A stretch of DNA of 64,000 bases, taken from contig CBDHHL010000056.1 in assembly GCA_965263355.1 (NCBI GenBank), forward strand, positions 672,001 to 736,000. Direction: 5' to 3'. The notes under the pieces were generated by a model that did no database searches, was not told where the DNA came from, and worked only from the letters and a program-made list of their open reading frames with translations. Position numbers and translations under genes: made by a program. Of this stretch, positions 10,261-19,698 are shown piece after piece. This stretch comes from Leptolyngbyaceae cyanobacterium (lineage in GTDB: Bacteria; Cyanobacteriota; Cyanobacteriia; Phormidesmidales; Phormidesmidaceae). How positions within the stretch are numbered: position 1 is the first letter of the stretch; each line of letters begins with the position of its first letter.

Positions 10261-11187
10261 ATGGCAAGGCCAATTAGTAGAACCTTGAGTTTGTTACTCC
10301 TGCTGATTGGATGTCAGGATGTGTCGTCTGGCTATGCATCTGAGATTACCCAAGCAACCTGTGAGGCGGTGCCAGGGTTTGCCTATGTAGAGGGTGGGGA
10401 GTTTATTGCGGGGAGCGATCGCACCGAGCGCGACTATGCCTATCGCATCAGTGCAGAGGGCTTTGCCAACGCCCCGGAGGATATAGCTGCAGCAGAAGCA
10501 GGCTACCGCAGACGCCAGTGGTTTGAGCGTGAGCCAGATAGACAAACGGAGCACTTGCCTGCCTTCTGCATGGGGCAAAAGCTGATTACCAATGCAGACT
10601 ACCAAGCATTTGTGCAGGCAACGGGGCATCGGTCACCAGGGATCTCGGCGACGGCGTATCAGGAGCAGGGCTTTTTGGTGCATCCCTACAGTGATGTGGA
10701 ACCGTATCTGTGGAAGGCGGATCAGTACCCGGCGGGACAGGCAAACCATCCAGTGGTGCTGGTGTCTTACGATGATGCCGTAGCCTACGCAAATTGGAAA
10801 TCGGAACACGATGGAGTAAGCTATCGGCTACCAACGGCATTGGAATGGGAAAAGGCTGCACGAGGAATCGATGGGCGCTATTTTCCTTGGGGTAGTGAGT
10901 GGCAAGATGATGGCACTAACTGGGCGAAAAATGGCCCCTATGGGACCAGCGAGGTGGGAGCTTATCCCCTGAGTCAGGGGCCTTATGGCGTTGAGGATAT
11001 GGCAGGAAATGTGTTTGAGTACACGGCTACTTTGACCAGGGGAGGGGCCAAAGTTCTACTCAAGGGCTGCAGCTGGGATGATTTCCCTGGGTTTTGTCGG
11101 GCTGCCTATCAGCATGATCGACCGTTAGAGTCGCGACACATTCTATTTGGGTTTCGCCTGGTTTTAGAAGGCAATATCGACCGTTAG
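10261..11187 (+). CDS. FGE-sulfatase (SUMF1) domain lipoprotein
   Basis: LIGC lipobox; HPVVLVSYDDAVAY, RLPTALEWEKAARG, DMAGNVFE, GFRL. Confidence 0.88.
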   Translation: MARPISRTLSLLLLLIGCQDVSSGYASEITQATCEAVPGFAYVEGGEFIAGSDRTERDYAYRISAEGFANAPEDIAAAEAGYRRRQWFEREPDRQTEHLPAFCMGQKLITNADYQAFVQATGHRSPGISATAYQEQGFLVHPYSDVEPYLWKADQYPAGQANHPVVLVSYDDAVAYANWKSEHDGVSYRLPTALEWEKAARGIDGRYFPWGSEWQDDGTNWAKNGPYGTSEVGAYPLSQGPYGVEDMAGNVFEYTATLTRGGAKVLLKGCSWDDFPGFCRAAYQHDRPLESRHILFGFRLVLEGNIDR

Positions 11188-11223
11188 AACCTGGACGAGT
11201 CTGTGAAAACTGCTTGAGATGAA

Positions 11224-12795
11224 GTGGGGATGTTGGCAAGGACCTTTAATCAGATGGCGAGTCAGTTACGGACATCCTTCGAAACCCTGGAACAGCGAGT
11301 CGCAAAACGAACGGCAGAATTAGCGCAAGCTAAAGAACAGGCCGATGCTGCTAATCAGGCAAAAAGCGAATTTTTGGCGAACATGAGCCATGAGTTGCGG
11401 ACGCCGTTGAATGGCATTATGGGCTACGCTCAAATCCTAGAGCGGACAAAAACCCTAGACCCCAAGCAGCGGAGTGGAGTTAACGTTATCCATCAATGTG
11501 GTTCCCATTTGCTCACATTAATTAACGATATTTTAGATCTTTCTAAAATTGAGGCCCATAAGCTAGAACTGGTATCAGCTGCGGTCCATCTACCGTCTTT
11601 GCTACAAAGCGTGGTGGAAATGTGCGAAATGCGGGTACAGCAAAAGGGTATCGAGTTTGTTTATCAACCTAATTCCCGTTTACCAGACGGGATTGAAATC
11701 GATGAAAAGCGGCTGCGTCAGGTTTTGATTAATCTCTTGAGCAATGCGATTAAATTTACCGACAGTGGTACTGTTACCCTACAGGTGGATAGCCTAGAGC
11801 TATCTGAGACCCATGCCACACTGTTTTTTCAAGTGAGCGATACTGGAGTAGGCATTGCTGAGGATGACCGTGTCAGGTTATTTGAAGCCTTTGAACAAGT
11901 TGGAGACCATAAAAAACAAGCTGAAGGAACTGGACTGGGACTGGCGATTAGCCAACGCATTGTGCAACTCATGGGCAGTAACATCCAGGTTAAAAGTCAC
12001 CTGGGCGAAGGCAGTGAGTTCTTCTTTACTATTGAGGTTCCTCAGGTTACAGATTGGGTTAAGCAACAAGAGATATCAGAAAGCGATCGCATCATCGGTT
12101 ATAAAGTCGTTGGTGCAGACTCTCCAAAAAACACTCGTTACACTATTTTGGTTATCGATGATCGTTGGGAAAACCGAGCCGTGTTAGCCAATCTCCTGGA
12201 ACCTTTGAATTTCAATATAATTGAGGCTATCAATGGCCAGGAAGGGCTGGAACAGCTCAAGTTAATGCAACCTGAACTGGTGATTACCGATTTAGCCATG
12301 CCAGTCATGGATGGATTTGAGTTTTTGCAGCATGTCCGCAGTAGCGAAATTCTGCAGCAAACTAAGGTTATCGTTTTCTCTGCATCGGTGACTCCAGTGG
12401 ATCAGCAGATGGCTTTAGATATGGGTGGGAATGATTTTTTGGCTAAACCTGTGGATGCTAGGAAACTGATGCAATTGTTAGCTACCTATTTGCATCTGGA
12501 GTGGCTCTATGAACCTGATGATAATGATCGGGCATTGCCAAATCCGGCGTTTTCAGACTTTAAGTCTACTGAATTGATTTTACCCCCCCAGGAAACGTTA
12601 GAACGTCTGTTGAGACCTGCCCAGATTGGTGATCTAAAACTGTTGTGTGAGAGGCTTGATCAATTAGTAAGCACAGAGAAAACCTATCTTTCTTTTGCCG
12701 AACCCATTCGACAATTAGCTAAGGATTTCAAAGCAGAAGAAATTGAAGAACTACTTGAGCAGTATATAGCCAAGGAAATTGCTGATGCAAGATAA
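11224..12795 (+). CDS. Hybrid histidine kinase (HisKA-HATPase-REC), N-terminally truncated
   Basis: Begins in the second HAMP helix ([17 protein letters not shown]); [20 protein letters not shown], receiver DLAMP. Confidence 0.85.
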   Translation: MGMLARTFNQMASQLRTSFETLEQRVAKRTAELAQAKEQADAANQAKSEFLANMSHELRTPLNGIMGYAQILERTKTLDPKQRSGVNVIHQCGSHLLTLINDILDLSKIEAHKLELVSAAVHLPSLLQSVVEMCEMRVQQKGIEFVYQPNSRLPDGIEIDEKRLRQVLINLLSNAIKFTDSGTVTLQVDSLELSETHATLFFQVSDTGVGIAEDDRVRLFEAFEQVGDHKKQAEGTGLGLAISQRIVQLMGSNIQVKSHLGEGSEFFFTIEVPQVTDWVKQQEISESDRIIGYKVVGADSPKNTRYTILVIDDRWENRAVLANLLEPLNFNIIEAINGQEGLEQLKLMQPELVITDLAMPVMDGFEFLQHVRSSEILQQTKVIVFSASVTPVDQQMALDMGGNDFLAKPVDARKLMQLLATYLHLEWLYEPDDNDRALPNPAFSDFKSTELILPPQETLERLLRPAQIGDLKLLCERLDQLVSTEKTYLSFAEPIRQLAKDFKAEEIEELLEQYIAKEIADAR

Positions 12796-14020
12796 AGCCA
12801 CGATTTTAGTTGTTGATGATATCCCTAACAATTTAGAAGTTGTTAGGGATACCCTTACATTTCAGGGGTATACAGCAACTACAGCAATCAGTGGTGAGCG
12901 GGCGTTGAAACGCTTGCAAAAACACGTTCCTGACCTCATTCTGTTAGACGTACAAATGCCGGGAATTGATGGGTTTGAAACCTGTCGCCAAATAAAAAAG
13001 AATCCAGACTGGACGCATATTCCCATTATTTTTTTAACAGCGCTGACCGATACAGACAGTATTGTTAAAGGATTTTCTTTGGGGGCAGTTGATTACATTA
13101 GTAAACCCTTTCAAGAAGCAGAATTACTAGCAAGGGTACGTACCCACTTACAATTACATTCCTTAAATAAAAACTTAGAACGGACTTTAAGTGAATTAAA
13201 AAGGACTCAGGCTCAACTGATTCAATCTGAAAAAATGTCCTCTTTGGGGCAAATAGTGGCTGGCGTTGCCCATGAAATCAACAATCCTATTAGTTTTATA
13301 ATAGGCAATCTTGAACCTCTAGGGGTGTATTTTGAAGACTTGAAGAATTTGTTACAACTTTACCAAAAGGAATATCCCCATCCTAATCCATCGATTCAAT
13401 CGAAACAGGAAGAAATTGATCTGGACTTTTTAGTGCAAGACGTGACAAAAATCCTGCGGTCTATGGGTGTGGGTAGCGATCGCATCCAGCAAATTGTTCT
13501 AAATTTGCAAACCTTTTCTCGTCTAGATGAGTCTTCATGCAAGACCGTTGACATTCACATTGGCCTTGACAGTACGTTGTCAATTGTGAAACCCCGCTTG
13601 AGTGCTACAGGCAAGTTTCCTCAGATCAGCATTATTCGGAACTATGGCAACTTGCCCGCCATTATGTGCTATCCCAGCCAGCTCAATCAAGTATTTTTGA
13701 ATGTTATCAACAACGCCATTGATGCGATTCGAGACTGTGAAGACTGTTGTAAAATGCCTGAAATTCGAATTCATACAGAAGTAATAGATGATAAGCAGGT
13801 TCGAATTTCAATTGCTAATACAGGCAAGACAATTCCTGAAGAAGAACAAAAACGAATTTTTGAGCCATTTTTTACCACTAAACCCGTTGGTAATGGTGTA
13901 GGTTTAGGACTTTTTGTCAGCTATTCGATAATTCAAAAGCATGGTGGAACAATACAAGTGTCTTCCCAACCCGGAAACGAAACTACTTTTGATATCAGCC
14001 TACCTGTAAACCTCCCCTGA
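12785..14020 (+). CDS. Hybrid response regulator-histidine kinase (REC-HisKA-HATPase)
   Basis: [48 protein letters not shown]. Confidence 0.9.
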   Translation: MQDKATILVVDDIPNNLEVVRDTLTFQGYTATTAISGERALKRLQKHVPDLILLDVQMPGIDGFETCRQIKKNPDWTHIPIIFLTALTDTDSIVKGFSLGAVDYISKPFQEAELLARVRTHLQLHSLNKNLERTLSELKRTQAQLIQSEKMSSLGQIVAGVAHEINNPISFIIGNLEPLGVYFEDLKNLLQLYQKEYPHPNPSIQSKQEEIDLDFLVQDVTKILRSMGVGSDRIQQIVLNLQTFSRLDESSCKTVDIHIGLDSTLSIVKPRLSATGKFPQISIIRNYGNLPAIMCYPSQLNQVFLNVINNAIDAIRDCEDCCKMPEIRIHTEVIDDKQVRISIANTGKTIPEEEQKRIFEPFFTTKPVGNGVGLGLFVSYSIIQKHGGTIQVSSQPGNETTFDISLPVNLP

Positions 14021-14054
14021 GCAGAGCTAAAGGAGAGGCTGGCTAGGGTTAAGA

Positions 14055-15062
14055 TTATACGATTTTATGACCTCTATTTTTTCTATACTGCTGCTTTGGA
14101 CTACGCGGTTTATCAGGATATTTCATTTCTAATAGTCCTGCCTCCAGGGCTGGCACCAAATAGTTCTTACGAAATGTTGGCCGATGGGATAACCCTAAGC
14201 GCTCCATCAGTGTTTGCGTTGTGAAATAGTCATCATCCATCACTGCCAACAACCGCTTAACTTGGTCGGTAGCTTGGTCGGTAGCTTGGTCGGTAGCTTG
14301 GGAAATTTCTGAATCTACCTGGGTTAGAGCATTGCTAATAATCTCTAGCATAAACTCGATAAAGACAGTACTATTAGCAGCTTGATCAGCTTGTTCTAGG
14401 GTTTGGTAATAGCGCGCTTGCTCATCTTTAATCAAACTCTCAATGGGTAACAGAAAAAAGACTGGATTCCACTGCCCTAAGATTAATGTTTGCCACAGTC
14501 GTCCCATGCGACCATTGCCATCCATAAATGGGTGGATAAACTCTAGCTCATAGTGGAATACAGAACTTTTAATCAGGGCATGGTCGTCTGACTGGTCTAA
14601 CCATTCGAGTAGATCTGCCATTAACAATGGCACCCTTTTCGCAGGTGGGGCCACATGGACCACTTTGCTTTCTTTGTGGATGCCCACACCCGCTCGTCGA
14701 AACTTGCCCGCATCTGTCAGAATATCGCCCATTAAATATTGGTGGGCGGTTAGAAAATCCTCTATTGAGGCAGGTTTCCACTCAGCTAATGCTTCGTAGG
14801 CTCGAATTGCGCCCTGTACTTCGCTAATTTCCCTGGGCTGCCCCAATACTCGCTGACCTTCCAGAATGGCAGTTACCTGTTCTAGAGATAGGGTATTGCC
14901 TTCAATGGCCAAGGTACCCTGGATAGTCCGAATCCGGTTTTGCTTGCGTAATTGAGGCGATGTGCTTAGCCCATGGCTATTCAGTCGCCCCACCTGCTCG
15001 GCAATGACGCTAATCTGGTTGATAACGTTTGCAGTGATATCAAAGGGTGGCTGATAGGGCAT
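14055..15062 (-). CDS. Fic family protein with C-terminal HTH
   Basis: HPFMDGNGRMGR Fic motif; TLAIEG inhibitory-type motif; (QATD)x3 linker. Confidence 0.92.
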   Translation of the reverse strand: MPYQPPFDITANVINQISVIAEQVGRLNSHGLSTSPQLRKQNRIRTIQGTLAIEGNTLSLEQVTAILEGQRVLGQPREISEVQGAIRAYEALAEWKPASIEDFLTAHQYLMGDILTDAGKFRRAGVGIHKESKVVHVAPPAKRVPLLMADLLEWLDQSDDHALIKSSVFHYELEFIHPFMDGNGRMGRLWQTLILGQWNPVFFLLPIESLIKDEQARYYQTLEQADQAANSTVFIEFMLEIISNALTQVDSEISQATDQATDQATDQVKRLLAVMDDDYFTTQTLMERLGLSHRPTFRKNYLVPALEAGLLEMKYPDKPRSPKQQYRKNRGHKIV

Positions 15063-15085
15063 CCACGGGTAGAACAGTATCTATT

Positions 15086-15286
15086 ACTTTGGAAAGTCTA
15101 CAAGAGTATGTGTTAGTTGATTCTGAAACGAAGACAGTTGAGATTTTTCGGCGTGATCAACAGGGCAGATGGGTGTTTATTCCCTATGACGAAAATGATG
15201 AAATCACCCTAATGAGTTTGGAGATTACTCTTGTAATCGATGATATCTATGAAGATGTTGTTCTAACAAAACAAGCGAATAGATAA
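15086..15286 (+). pseudogene. Uma2 (DUF820) endonuclease C-terminal fragment
   Basis: LESLQEYVLVDS....VEIFRR...W...I.L.SL...L.IDDIYEDV; N-terminal part absent. Confidence 0.75.
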
Positions 15287-15364
15287 AAGTTGGGTTAGTT
15301 TGACTTACGATAGCAGTATAACCAAAGTATAACTAGAGGTGGTAATACTGTATGAACGCTGATT

Positions 15365-15598
15365 ATGAAAACGGCAGTATCTCTACCAGATCAAGTATTT
15401 GAGGCGGCAGAAGCCCTGGCAAAACGTTTGGGTATTTCTCGTAGTGAACTCTATGCAAATGCGCTCAAAGCCTATCTGCAAAAGTTTAATCGGGACCATA
15501 TTCTCCAGCAGTTAAATCAGGTTTATGCAGAAGAGGATTCTTCTGTGGATCCGATTTTATCTACATTACAATCCATGTCTTTGCCCCATGAGGACTGA
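15365..15598 (+). CDS. Ribbon-helix-helix antitoxin (ChpI/MazE-like), orphan
   Basis: MKTAVSLPD.VF..AE.LA..LG.SRSELY..AL..YL; no intact toxin follows. Confidence 0.75.
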   Translation: MKTAVSLPDQVFEAAEALAKRLGISRSELYANALKAYLQKFNRDHILQQLNQVYAEEDSSVDPILSTLQSMSLPHED

Positions 15599-15599
15599 T

Positions 15600-15899
15600 G
15601 GTATATGTTTGAAGCTCAGGCTTTACTGGATTATTGGTGCCCGAATTTCCTTAAATTCTATTGTGTATGCCTTTCGTCAAGGGCTATTCCCTGAAAACAT
15701 TGCTCAATCTTACCCATTACTAGGTCTAGAGAAAGTCTACGGTGCAATCACTTTCTACTTGGCCAATCGTTCTGATATTGATGCCTATCTCCTCGCCGAA
15801 GAGCAGGCATTTGACGCTATGCCACACCCCTTAGAGACAGATGCCCCTTCTTTGCATCAAAAGCTGCTTTCAGCTAATCAATCATCACAGCAGGCATAA
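15600..15899 (+). pseudogene. DUF433 antitoxin, 5'-truncated
   Basis: YWIIGARISLNSIVYAF.QG..PE.I..SYP.L.LEKVYGAI.FYL. Confidence 0.65.
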
Positions 15900-15964
15900 T
15901 GGCTAACGTTCAATTTCAAGCGGATGCCACTTAAACCAGGCAATTGTGACAGGCGTAATCCGTT
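15899..15964 (+). pseudogene. DUF5615 (PIN-like) toxin N-terminal fragment, frameshifted
   Basis: MANVQFQADA, then LNQAIVTGVIR in a shifted frame, then the match is lost. Confidence 0.55.
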
Positions 15965-16033
15965 GACAGTCTGACATCAGTCTGAAAAATATCCACCAAA
16001 TTTAGCTGACTGCCCTGTGGCCGCCCTGTAGTT

Positions 16034-16558
16034 TTGGGTAAACCATTAGATAACAAATCAATGCCGAAACAAAATGCTTGGCTAACTACTAAAATGCCGT
16101 TTGGGGTTGCAGTGATGTTGGTATTTATGACCATTTTGGGATGTAATCAGCCCTCTGTGCCCACTGCTGCCAATGAAACCTTACTTAATTCAGATTTAAC
16201 AAGCTTGCTTGAGGAAGAAGTCGGTCAACAACTAGACTGGGCAAACCCTCAGCAACATGAAAAGACGGTTGCTGTTTGTCCTGAAAACTTAGCAAAGGTA
16301 AACGTTGTCATTGACTCGGCCCAGGATAATAAAACCTCTGCCCTATACCTAACTCAGGTAACGATGACAGTGGCCCAAAATGGAGGTTTCCAGATTGAGT
16401 CAGGCGATAGAGGCGAACTCACAAATCTAGGTGATGAGAGTAGCGTTGTAATGGTAGTCCCCTATCTCATTAATTGTTCAAAAGTGAGTCGTTTTAATGA
16501 GCTGTTTGGCCAAAGTATGATTGAAGTTTACGCAGACGGTCGAGTGCAAGTACGTTAA
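16034..16558 (+). CDS. Hypothetical lipoprotein
   Basis: Hydrophobic segment ending ILGC; true start probably downstream (MPKQ or MPFG). Confidence 0.6.
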   Translation: MGKPLDNKSMPKQNAWLTTKMPFGVAVMLVFMTILGCNQPSVPTAANETLLNSDLTSLLEEEVGQQLDWANPQQHEKTVAVCPENLAKVNVVIDSAQDNKTSALYLTQVTMTVAQNGGFQIESGDRGELTNLGDESSVVMVVPYLINCSKVSRFNELFGQSMIEVYADGRVQVR

Positions 16559-16728
16559 GCAAATGCCATAGACCGGTTTTTATATTGACACAAAAAGTGT
16601 CGTCTCTATTACATCAAGCATTCGTTTAGCCGTAGTAAACAGAGTGAGGAGCTGAGAAGCTTTAAGTTTTAAACTATAGTTAATAATATGACGGAGTCAT
16701 GTAGTAAATCTCTCACAAATTATGCCAG

Positions 16729-17997
16729 ATGGCCATCAACGACAACTCCGAACCGACTGAATACGAGCGTCTGCTAGAGCGTCTGCTGGATCAAATCAAA
16801 CGGCTGCCTGAGCCCATCCGCAAGCAAGTCGAAGCCGAGCTAACGGAATTGATGCGACTGGTGCGAGATCGCAGACCGCCCCGTCTTATGCTAGTAGGCA
16901 GACGGGGCGCGGGCAAATCCACCCTCGTCAATGCCATCTTCGGTGCCCCTGTGCGTCAGGTGGGGGCAGTCCAGGCCCAGACGGGCCAAGCCGTTTGGCT
17001 CGACTATCAGCGTGAAGGAAAGTCGCTTGAAATCCTGGATACCCGTGGCGTACAAGAAGGCAGTAAGCCCACAGAAGACGATGCTGCCGCCACAGCCCTG
17101 GATAGTTTGAAAGCTGCGATCGCAGATAAATGCCCCGATATTATCCTATTTTTAATTAAAGCAAAGGAAACTGACTCCGCCATTGACAGTGATATTGCTG
17201 CCCTGGAAGAGCTGCATAAGTTTATTGAGCAAAAATATAGCCGTCAATTGCCAATTGTTGGAGTATTGACCCAGTGTGACGAACTTGATCCGCCAGATAT
17301 TCGCCAACTTCCCACTGATGATGACGAGAAAAACAACAATATCTCCGCTGCCCAATCAGTGTTGGCAAAGCATCTGAAGACTGGTGACATCGGCCAGCAC
17401 CTGGTTGAGATCGTACCAACGGCAGCCTATGTGAGATATCGCGCGGACGGCACTCGGGACGAAACCCGAGACTATCGTTGGAATATTGAATATCTTGTCA
17501 ATCTCCTGCTAGACGAACTCCCAAAGGAAGCAAAGCTTGATTTTGCCAGGCTTGCCGAGGTTAAACGCTTTCAGCGCAAGGTGGCCTTGCAAGTTGTGGA
17601 TACCTGCGCATTAGGCTGTGGTGCCATTGGCATCGAGCCGATTCCCTTTGCCGACCTACCATTTATCACCTCAGTCCAGGCTGTGATGATTTTAGCGATC
17701 GCATATATCTCCGGTCGTCCCCTCTCAATTGAAACAGCTAAGCAGTTTATCATTGCCCTTGGACTTAACATTGGCACTGCGTTTGCCCTGCGTGAAGGTG
17801 TCCGTGCCGTGCTCAAATTGGTACCTGGTTGGGGCAACTATATTTCAGGCGGCGTTGCCGCTTCGGCCACAAAGATTATCGGTAATGCTGCAGTGGCCTA
17901 CTTTATTGACAACAAATCAATCGAAGAAATTAAGCAAACACTCAAGCACCAAGAGACAATACTCCCGCAAGCAGACGAGCAACCTCAAGAAGATTAA
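16729..17997 (+). CDS. Era-like GTPase with C-terminal DUF697/YcjF-like membrane domain
   Basis: GRRGAGKS P-loop, DTRG, TQCD; PIPFADL...Q..MI C-terminal motif. Confidence 0.85.
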   Translation: MAINDNSEPTEYERLLERLLDQIKRLPEPIRKQVEAELTELMRLVRDRRPPRLMLVGRRGAGKSTLVNAIFGAPVRQVGAVQAQTGQAVWLDYQREGKSLEILDTRGVQEGSKPTEDDAAATALDSLKAAIADKCPDIILFLIKAKETDSAIDSDIAALEELHKFIEQKYSRQLPIVGVLTQCDELDPPDIRQLPTDDDEKNNNISAAQSVLAKHLKTGDIGQHLVEIVPTAAYVRYRADGTRDETRDYRWNIEYLVNLLLDELPKEAKLDFARLAEVKRFQRKVALQVVDTCALGCGAIGIEPIPFADLPFITSVQAVMILAIAYISGRPLSIETAKQFIIALGLNIGTAFALREGVRAVLKLVPGWGNYISGGVAASATKIIGNAAVAYFIDNKSIEEIKQTLKHQETILPQADEQPQED

Positions 17998-18213
17998 CAC
18001 AATGCTTAATCGACTTAGGCATTGTCAAGAAACAACTTCACGATTCGAGTTTTATGCACTAAATCTTTCTCAGAAATTGCTCCAGAATATCTATAATCGC
18101 CCTCGTCGTACCCCTAACTTAATGTTATTGGGAATAACCCCGATTTTACTGCGTCTGTCATACCCGTATTGTTGCCAGACGAGTTTTTAGCAATGCCTTA
18201 AAGTAAGCCGATA

Positions 18214-18625
18214 ATGACAGTTGTAGAAGATTTCAACTTTGAGACTGCGGTTAAGGATTTTCTACACGAAGCTCTAAGAAAACGCGGTCACATCAATGTT
18301 CTAATTACTGGGCATACCGGAGTAGGTAAGAGTACCCTTATCAATTTGGTCTTTCAGGGAAATTTTGCAACTACTGGTCAGGGTCGTCAAAAAAACACAA
18401 TCTCATACGATTGTTGCTGGGGCAGCGGCTAGTGCAGCAGGAATTGTTGCTGTACCAATTGCCCGAAATAACGGTGAGCCATCCACATCTGAAGACGTAG
18501 CAGAGGCATTCAAAACCAAGTATCTACCCTCAGTTGCAATCACTTATCAGTTTTGGAAAAACCTTGTGATGAGCATCAGGATAAGCGCTCATGACTACTG
18601 TTGGTATGCCGAAATCTTGTTGTGA
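18214..18625 (+). pseudogene. Fragmented second GTPase/DUF697 gene
   Basis: GHTGVGKSTLIN...ATTGQGR, then frameshifted SHTIVAGAAASAAGIVAVPI and EDVAEAFK pieces with large internal deletions. Confidence 0.7.
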
Positions 18626-18655
18626 GAGATCCCAGCATACCGACCATCGAGATCC

Positions 18656-19282
18656 CTAGGCAATCACCTTCTGGAAACTGGGGCGTTGGTTGATGGAGTC
18701 CCACCAACTCTTTAGTTTTGGTGTTTGAGCCGTCACTGAATCCATCTCAGGGGTATTAGAAAGATAGAACATAACAGGCATCAAATAGAAATCTGCTAGG
18801 GTGATCGTGTTACCCAGCAGAAACGGATCACAACTGGTGATGGATTCGATTGCCCCCAAGGCTGTTTGAACCTCAGGAACAGCACTCTGAATAGCTGTCT
18901 CATCCGGTTGACCTCCTTGGTTAGGAACGATCAAACGCTGAATAGTGATCACACTGATGGAGGGGCTATACAGGTAGCTATCGATGATCGACATAATCTG
19001 ACGCATCTGTGCCTGACCCATGAGATCTTTAGGGGCAAAGGCATGATCAGCCACTGTGGCATTTAAGTATTCAGCGATCGCACTCGTTTCATAGAGGATC
19101 TGGTCATCCACTTTTAGAGTAGGAACCTTACCAAAAGGATTGATCGTAAGGTATTCAGACGTTCTGGCTGTGAAGATGTCCACCGCTTGAAGCTCATAGG
19201 CGGTGTTAGTCTCTTCTAGGATCATGCGAACAGTGCGGACATAGGTGCTGAGCGCCGGACCATAAACAGTAAGTTGAGCCAT
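18656..19282 (-). CDS. Glutathione S-transferase family protein
   Basis: STYVRTV, NPFGKVP, LYETSAI.EYL, TLADF. Confidence 0.92.
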   Translation of the reverse strand: MAQLTVYGPALSTYVRTVRMILEETNTAYELQAVDIFTARTSEYLTINPFGKVPTLKVDDQILYETSAIAEYLNATVADHAFAPKDLMGQAQMRQIMSIIDSYLYSPSISVITIQRLIVPNQGGQPDETAIQSAVPEVQTALGAIESITSCDPFLLGNTITLADFYLMPVMFYLSNTPEMDSVTAQTPKLKSWWDSINQRPSFQKVIA

Positions 19283-19530
19283 GGATAAGGACTTCCGATG
19301 TGATAGTTCAGACTAAGCCTACCTGGAGTGTGGACCCGAACTCAATAAGTGTCTATTCATTTCTCCGGCAGGAAGCCTATCCGAGTCTATTTTTCTGCCC
19401 GTATTCGCGTTGCATTTCTGCAGATAAAGACTCCATCGCACAATATCAAATTCCCTGATGTCTCTAGGGCAAAATATCATCGAATTGTTGTGCCCTAGAG
19501 AACGGTGTATCGACTATCACATCAGGTCCA

Positions 19531-19576
19531 TTTAATAGATTGAAAACCTCGCCTTAACCTGGCTTTGGACTATTGT
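19531..19576 (+). promoter_or_regulatory. Candidate Pho box (SphR site) plus -10 element
   Basis: TTTAATAG-att-GAAAACCT-cgc-CTTAACCT with 11-bp period, then TATTGT 10 bp downstream; precedes a phosphoesterase gene. Confidence 0.6.
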
Positions 19577-19698
19577 TGCCATGGGGGATTTTTAAAATCC
19601 AGACACAAAATGGAGATTGTTATTTTCTTTCTAAAAGGATTGAAAACAACAATCTCTATGACAGTAATACATAGTCAGAGGTATAGGACATCACATCC

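Noticed and set aside
14261..14300. 12-bp repeat (QATD)x3 in the Fic gene
   Set aside because: Such low-complexity linkers are usual before the C-terminal HTH in this family
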